This document shows positions 53,001 through 61,800 of a stretch of DNA of 64,000 nucleotides, in pieces (the stretch's first letter is position 1; the number at the start of each line of letters is the position of its first letter). The DNA lies in assembly GCF_000002075.1 (NCBI RefSeq), contig NW_004797332.1, positions 1,638,388-1,702,387 on the forward strand. The letters run 5' to 3'. The stretch comes from Aplysia californica. Taxonomy: Eukaryota. A model generated the notes under the pieces. The model had not been told where the DNA came from. It made no database searches and worked only from the letters and a program-made list of their open reading frames with translations. The position numbers and the translations under genes are program-made.

Positions 53001-56000
53001 AGGAAAGTCCAATCCTAGTCAGTTCATACGTAGACATATAGGGGGTTCACAATGCCTCCTGTCTTTTCTACTAGAGCCGTAGCCTCCTTCACAGCCTCGA
53101 ATTGAAATGATGCTGTAAGTTTATGTACTGGTATCACTGACATCATAATGCTAGGTCCACCATGCAAGCATTTGACCATGATACATAACATGGATGTCGC
53201 TCTAGAATCCGGTTCATTTTTGGCCATGCCGCTGAGGACACCACCAGAGAAAGCTACAGTGGGTCAGATCTTTACCTCGTCGATCAATAAAAACACATTC
53301 TTTTGTTGAGGTGTTTTAAGTTTTTGAAATGTTTTTTAAAAAACACTTTCAATCTCTAAGGAGGAAACAACAGACTTTATTTTTCTTGTACTTTGCTAGA
53401 CCAAAGTGTCTCTTAGTTGTTCATAACTGCAGCGGGGAAACGATTCGATAGCGAAACAGTAATCACTTACAGAAAATTGTTTGTGAGTCAACAGTTTCAG
53501 CTGATGAGTTATAAAGTCTAGCTTTCTTTCCCTTTTCTTTTCCTGAATAAAAGAACAAAATAATAGAAAGCTTCTAGTTTACTGGACCACTAGGCAATTA
53601 CAAATTACAAGAAATCAAGATCTTAACTTTACCTTAGTTTACTCTAGTCCTTCAAAATTTGTTGATTAGATCTATATCTAGATTTACCAATTGTAAACAT
53701 CAACTGTCTAGGTACGAGATTTTATCAGTAGGGAAATGAAAAAATAATCCTTTTTTTTATAAACCACTGGATTATATGTACTGCAAAGCAAGGATCGACA
53801 TTGCTTTTTATTATTTTTTAAAACTTAATCCTACACTACTGGTCCAGTATACTAGGCTCTTACCTTTGGGTCTTCAAGTTTTGTGCAACGTGATTGTTCC
53901 AATACTTCCACAACTCTCTCAAGCACAACATCCAAAGGAACTTTATAGTTTAGGGCGACGTGCACACACTCAAAAAATTGGGTGTAGGAATTCAATCCGT
54001 TATTTGGATTTAATATTTTTCCCAAGGGAACTCTGGATCCTTTCTTGAATGCGGTGAGTGTAAGAGGGGAGCACAATGTTGGTTTATTCTCAACAACTAC
54101 TGATAAAACACACTCTTCACAATGCTCGGTCATGAACAGGCAAACAAATCTGTCCTCTGTTCTTGAAAGAATTAAATTGTCATATTTCTTGTGGAGTTCC
54201 TTTTCTGGAGAAAATTCTGAAAGGCTACAGATTTTACCTTTTTTCATGAAATGACGGAGTTGCTGACCTTCTTGTTTGGATGGACGAGGGGGTGGTTTTG
54301 GCGTTGGTAGGCAAGATGAGGGAACATCAAATAAACTCGGCTGATCTACTGGTCGAGTGTATCCTCCAGGTAATTTAATCACAGGATAATCTGATGGCCA
54401 ATGCCTTTCACAGATAAGTTTTCACGAGGGGGTAAAACAGAAAGCCATCTTTGTCCCTCAAGTCCTTCTTTTGGTACCTTGAACACTCGACATTTATTGT
54501 CTTTATTCTAGTTACCTTGCAGTTTACAACCCCACATTTATTCGGCATGGTGAAATCAAACTATCCTTGCGCATAGACGGGCCGATTAATTCACAATAAT
54601 CCACAGAATTAACAAAAACTCTCCGAGAAACATGAGGAGAGGAACAACATTTGACATTGAATCGTATACATTGATCACTGCACTTCTTTCCGGAAGGATG
54701 CGCTTACGCGGATAAATGGTGACCATAATTATGCTTACATTTCTTTGCTTGGAATCTTAATCAAAAATAAAAATATTGACACCTTTCAATATCTGATTCA
54801 TTTCTGCATCATTTTTATTAAGATCAACGAATTTTACAGATAGGATTCATTCTACTTCAAAGGAGATAAATAGTCCCCGATTCCTACGAACGAGTCAAAG
54901 CTAAAGATAAGGCACTGAGTCAGTATGGGAATATCCGGAGTGTTTGACTCGATGGCCTTCGCTAGCCAAGTCAGGAATCCGACTGTGCACGTCCTTGAGT
55001 ATAGTAGTCCTTGGTACAAAGCAAATTTGTGCATGAGGTAACATTATGATTGTCCTTCTTTGTTCTCCAAGTGATGATAATTTTCACAGACCTGTACTGA
55101 AATTGAAATAATGTGAGGAACGTTTTTATCTGATGGAGGCATGCTATCATTACAACTGCATTTGACTATAATTTGGAGGGGGTTCCAGGGGATGATGGGA
55201 GTGTGGACTGTGCCTTTGAATATTTTTTGCTCAAAGTATGATACATTTTCTACATACAGGGTGATCGCTCAAAGTATGATACATTTTCTACATACAGGGT
55301 GATCGCTCAAAGTATGATACATTTTCTACATACAGGGTGATCGCTCAAAGTATGATACATTTTCTACATACAGGGTGATCGCTCAAAGTATGATACATTT
55401 TCTACATACAGGGTGATCCAAAAAGAACTACAGCTTTTTTTTTCTGAATATCTCGCCCAAAAATTGTTTTAGAATGCTATTTGTAACAGACCTAATTCAT
55501 TCAAAAGGAATTGTTTGACATAAAATCCACAAAGAAGAAACTTATTTTGAAAACGGAAATAGCTTAAAGAAAAAAACTGGCAGAAATGCAAAGTTCACCA
55601 GTTGTTGTTTTTTTTATCTTTTAAAGGAAGTCGTGAAAAGATTGGTTGACTTTTTCTTTATTTTCTCTTTAACATTTAATTTTCCATACCTGTGACATTA
55701 AAAAAATATTTAATTTCTTTTACAGAGTTTTAAAAAACTAATGATTGCGTTAGGAAATTCCTAGAAGCAGTGCTCTACATGCTCTCCTTTGGACTCGACA
55801 CATTTTTAACTTGTCGAAATGTTCAGTGGTGCCGAAACACAAGGACCTGCTAAACCATGGGTGTGTAAAGCCACATACTCTGTACATATTCAGTATGAAG
55901 TGGCTTCTAGAGGCAATAGGGAGTGGGGTGTCCAATAGACAGCATTTTTAGAGTTACATATCCCGTAGGGTGAAAATGGGCTTTGCACTAAATCTAATGT

Positions 56001-58808
56001 CATTGAGGAAATGATCCTGCTTTTCAAAACGATCGAGGAATCATGAACACATTGCCATGCTCTGATCCATGTCATCTCGGCCTAGCAAAGATGAAAATGG
56101 TACAGTCGTAGGTTAAGATCTGCCATGAGAATGCAGACTGTTGAAGTGTAGGAAAGTTCTAGTTGCAGATGGGACTCGACTACTGAGGGCTGTACATAGT
56201 GAGTGTTCAACCTGAAGTGGTCATTTAGAAATATTTAGTACTGATCCACTCTTGATCCAAACTGACAGTACTTCTCTACTCGTAACATCAAAGGTCTTGA
56301 GGGCACCTAAGCATTCTTTCCATGCCATGTGCAGGACTTACGAAATTTTAGGGATGATGAGTTTGTGGAGAGGTATTGTTCAATACAAAAAGCTTTCTCC
56401 TCTTTACTAATTGTAACCACGATTTCAGCAGGCAAACGAAATTTGGAAAAAATAATATAATATCTGTAGACTTCTGTATGTTGACTTGTTAGACTGCTGT
56501 AGCTTGCAATATGGAGCGAGTGTTGCCACTTTTAGTGGTAGGCCTAATGCGAACTGGTGCTTCAAGGTTGAAAATGGGTTGTTTCTTTAATGCGCCATAT
56601 GGAGCAAAACTGTTCAATGGGCTTCTCTAAAAGGAATATCAGACAAATTCCATTTGGCTTCCGAATATTATGTTTAAATCTGAAAATCTGAAACGCAAAA
56701 CTTCAGCATGGAGGAAGATATGTACAAAACAAGTTTTACAGTTTGTTGGGTTTTTTTATCACCCTGTATGTGGGTAAATTTTTTAGATGTCACAACCTGG
56801 AAGTGCAGATGTGTTGTAAGCTTGTCTTGTAACATTCCACTGCCATTGTAAACGTCCAAGACAAATTTCTCCCTGTGAGATGAATCAGGATTGTCATTGT
56901 TAGGGTTTCACTCAAATGACTCTACAGTATTTGCCTTTTTATTCTGGGGTGGGTCTGACATTACTGAAATTATTTAAAGACAAACTAGTTCTCTGCGCTC
57001 ATATGACCTTGCGCAGTTGCGAGCCCCGTAAAACCTTACTAAAACTAAAATTAGTTCTCTATATGATGATATTTTTCACAGACCTGTACTGAAACAATGT
57101 GAGGAATATTTTGCTCTGATGGAGACATGAACCTGGAATTTAAGGGGTGGGGGTCCATTGTGCAGGGAAACTTTTACTGAAGTATTGCAAAATTTAGAAA
57201 CCTACAGAGTAAAATTTATTTGTTTTTATTGTAATGTGATTTCGATTGGTGATTTCGATTGAGTTTGAACCAACTTGATTTAATGGGACCTGCTCATTCT
57301 TTCCTTTGATTTGGCTGTCACTTAAATGCCTTTCAGATAATTTCCCTTTTACTTTATTAATAACATCCTCTTTAAGGCGAATATTCATACAAGTAATATT
57401 TTCTTCGTGGGGAAAACATTTGTTTTAGGTTCAAATTATTTAGAGACAAACTTATTTGAATTAAAGTTCTCTATGTGATGATATTTTTCACAGACCTGTA
57501 CTGAAACAATGTGAGGAATATTTTGCTCTGATAGAGAAGTGAAAGGAGATTTTAGCAGATGGGGATCCTTTGTGGTTGGAAATTTGTTTTGAAGTATCAC
57601 AGAATTTAGAAACTGTAGAGGATATATTGTAATGGTGATTTCAATGAAGTTTCAACTAAATTGGCTCATTCCTTCCATCATTTTAGCTGTCACTTAAATA
57701 CTTTTCGCTTTCAAATAATTTCCCTTATATTTTATTACATACATCCCTCTAGGGCGAATTTTCACTGAAAGTAACATTGTCTTTTAGTTGGGAAAACAGC
57801 TTTTTGTTTTAGGCTCGAATTATTTGGAGACAAACTTAATGTTCTCTATGTGATGATATTTTTCACAGACCTGTACTGAAACAATGTGAGGAATATTTTG
57901 CTCTGATAGAGACGGGAGCCTGGAATATAGGGGGTGGGGTTCCTTTGTGAGGGGAAACTTGTATTGAAGTATTTAGAAACGTAAGGGTATAAAATGTATT
58001 TTGTCTTTATTGTAATGTTGTGATTTTGATTGAGTTTCAACCAACTTTGTTTAATAGGACCTGCTCATTCCTTCCATTGTTTTGGCTGTCACTTAAATGT
58101 CTTTCAAATAATTTCCAATTTTATCTTGTCTTATTACATACATCCCTGTTTAGGGCGAATATTCACATAAAGTAACATTGTCTTTCGCTGGGAAAACAGC
58201 TTTTTGTTTCAGGCTCAAGTTATTTAGAGACAAACTTATGTGAATTAAAGTTCTCTATGTGATAATATTTTTCACAGACCTGTACTGAAACATGTGAGGA
58301 ACATTTTACTGTGATAGAGAAGTGAACCGAGATTTTAGCAGATGGGGGGGTCCTTTGTCATTGAAAATTTATATTTCGATGAAGTTTCAACCAACCTTTT
58401 TTAATGGGACCTGCTCATTCCTTCCCTTGATTTGGCTGTCAACTAAATGCCTTTAACGTAACTTTGCCTTTCGTTGGGAAAACAGCTTTTTGTTTTAGGC
58501 TCAAATTATTTAGAGGCAAACCTATTTGAATTGAAGTTCTCTATGTGATGATATTTTTCACAGACCTGTACTGAAACAATGTGAGGAATATTTTGCTCTG
58601 ATAGAGACGTGAACCTGGAATTTTTAGGGGTGGGGGTCATTTGTGAGGGGAAACTTGAAACTTGTGTTGAAGTTTTGCAGAATTTAAAAACTATAGAGTT
58701 AATTTTTTGGGTCTTTTTTGTAATGTGATTTCGATGGAAGTGTCAAGATATGTATGATGTGGGAAGCGCTTTATTTTAAAAAAAACTTTTTTGGTAATTG
58801 GCCTTTTG

Positions 58809-58891
<83 letters not shown>

Positions 58892-61800
58892 CCCCTCCCC
58901 CCACACATGGAGGGGCTCTGTTAATTCAATACACTTATTTCAGCAATTTCATCAGATGCCAGGGTTTCTATTGGAAGTGTTTTTACTTCCACCTATTTTT
59001 TATTTTCTTTATGTTTGCTGTTACTGTTCTCCAAGTGATGATAATTTTTCACAGACCTGTACTGAAACAATGTGAGGATTGTTTTGATCTGATGGAGACA
59101 TGTCTATTTCTGTACACAAGTTATATTTTTCTGGGGCAGGGGGGATGTGAGTGTGAAAGTTTGTTTGCTGTTGTCCCATTCAGCTCAGTAGTGTGGTGGT
59201 TATCTACAACTATTTCTATGCTGTCTGGAACTGTTTTTTGTTGCTCGGACAAAAGTTTTGGCATGTCCAGCAACACCATTGTAACAACGGGGAAGGTGTT
59301 TGGCGAATCTTGGTCTCAGAAATTGGCCTTTGTATCGCAATCTGAAAGTTCTCCACAGCAGCAGTTGACATAAATCATAAGATAATTGTCTGCAGCTCCC
59401 TAGTCTTGGAATATATGAGCAGACTCTATCGCTATTAGATAGTTTGTTGTTTTTTGTATACTGGATGGTGAGTGGGGTTGTGCTTCTTTTTCCTAGTTTG
59501 AACAAAAAGTGGCCTCCTGCCTGGAGGATGATATTCTCCAGATGAAGATATTTTCACAGACCTGTACTGAATTAAAATGAGGAATGTTTTGATCTGATGG
59601 AGATATCATTTTGTGCCTTTGTTAAGAATTGTCTAAATCTCAGGTCGTCATGTGTGTTCAAGCACCGTTTCTTCTTTAAATGTTTTAATATTCTTTTGCT
59701 TTTTTTTTTTTCTTCCCACTTTCAGGTCGTTTCACAGTACTCTTCAATCCTCTCCCCAATTGCTGTTGATGCTGTAATGAAGGTTATAGATCCAGCAACT
59801 GCTAAAAATGTTGATCTCCAAGACATCAAAATTGTCAAAAAGTTGGGGTAAGTGACATAGTCATGCTTTGATGAGATTTATTTCTTTTATTATGTATAAC
59901 ATTGACTTGATCATGAACTTATGTCATTATGACAGCACCATAATTATTTTCTGGAATATGTGCCTTGTACTCACATTATTTAGATGAGCTCTAAGGTAGA
60001 AACATTGTGGCAACATTATTCCAGAAATATAAAAGGGGTTTTGGGGGTGCCATTGGTAGGTCCTACTTCTTTTCCTTCCCTCTGTGTGTGTCGAGTCTGT
60101 CTTACTTTTTTCTCGTGCTCTAAATTGCTATTTCTAAGCCAGTGTGCTTTTTTAGTCGGGAAGTTAGTGAGGGGAAAGAAAGTTGACCTTTTGCGTTCAT
60201 TCATTTGGGGTCAAACCCAAAGTCAAATATTACTTGTGTATTTCATTACTGTTCATCTTCATTGCTTTCTCACCCTGCACCAGGGTATAGTATAGACCAC
60301 GGACAAACACTTTCCACCTTTCTCTATCCTGGGCTAGCCTCTTGATGTTGCAGTCGAACCTGCCCTAATGGACACTTTCCATTCCCCCCTTGCGTTTTTT
60401 CTATATAATTTAACGCAACCACCATATTTTAACACACAACCCCTATCACACCAAGCAATAACACCTGTCTTAGACAGCCACCTTAGTGACTCCATTGCGT
60501 TATGTAATAAATGGTGCATTGGCCCCTGGCGTTGTATACGAGCCGTCGTAATCCATTCACCTGTCGTTATTGTTAAGTAGTCCCTCCAACGATCATATGG
60601 TGTAGGCCCCTCCCACTGTTGACCAGTAGGTAACAAATTTTCAGCTGCTGGTTAGGTAAGCGTGTGATCCCTCATAACCCATAAGCCCCGTCCAGAGCTC
60701 ATACACAAATCGTGAGATGAGTGGTCACTGTTTACCCAGTCTGTAACAATGGACGTCAACATGAACTTGCGACAGAAGTGTCGTTCGTTCTCTGAGTGGT
60801 GGCTACCCATGTGTTTTTACCACAGCATTTTGTCCTCCCTGTCTGGCACATTTCGTTTTATTGTCACCCGTGCACCAAAGGAGCAAGAAAAGAAAGAAAA
60901 CAGCAATGCGGCTACCCCAGAAAGGAATGGTTGGTTTTCTTCATCTTGGTCAGTCCTGCCTAAGACAGCCACTTTTCTCCTTGACAATGGGTGGCCGTCT
61001 TACACGGGTTCGACTGTATTCCATGTCTTCCCACTTTTCTGTACATCGATTTTTGTGATTCTGCTCCAGGTTCCACGCGGTTTGACCTCTTACTCATTAC
61101 TGTTACCATTGTGGGGGGAAAAGTTAGGTGGTAGGCTCAGTCTTACTTCTTTTCGTTCCCTCTTTTATTCTGTCTACATACTTTTCTTACACTAAATTAC
61201 CATTATTGTGTGATTGTACTACTTTTCTTTGCTCAAAAAAGTGAAAGCACTTCCATTGTGATGTTTCTACTTATAATGTGATTTCAGTGGAACCGTTGAG
61301 GACACAGAACTGATTGACGGACTGGTCTTCACAAGCAGAACCTCTGGGGCAGGAGGACCCAACAAAGTAGAGAAGGCAAGGATTGGTCTCATCCAGTTCT
61401 GCATTTCCCCTCCAAAGACTGATGTAAGTCAGATTGATGTTGACGGTTTTGTTTGGGGGGGTTTTAATTGAATCGTTAGCATAGTTTGCCTGTCACAGGT
61501 ATTTATAGAAAATTTTAAATCGCATGTTGATTTTTTAAATTTTGAATTACAGTTAGGCAGGCAGGTCCTGAAATAGGCGGGACACGCATATTTTGGCTAT
61601 GTACATGTTTGAAAATACAAAGAATATGTATGCATTTTAAAAAACTGGAACCTGAAAATAGACTGTATGTGCAAAAACATTTGTAATGTGATTTTTATTT
61701 TTCATCCTTTTATTCAGATGGACAATCAAGTCATCGTGTCAGACTACGCCCAGATGGACAGAGTGCTGCGAGAAGAAAGAGCATACATCCTGGATATTGT

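Larger units (their letters stand above)
57056..58740 (+). repeat. Tandem array of ~290-410-bp snoRNA-containing units (A-B-A-B-A)
   Basis: Box C positions 57063, 57475, 57850, 58259 and 58545 (spacings 412, 375, 409, 286), with homologous spacers. Confidence 0.9.

Noticed and set aside
55229-55418. CRISPR-like array
   Set aside because: Contiguous identical units with no spacers, in a eukaryotic context.
57056-58740. Regularly spaced conserved repeats resembling CRISPR
   Set aside because: Spacers are 200-350 bp and homologous to each other; the repeats are C/D snoRNAs.
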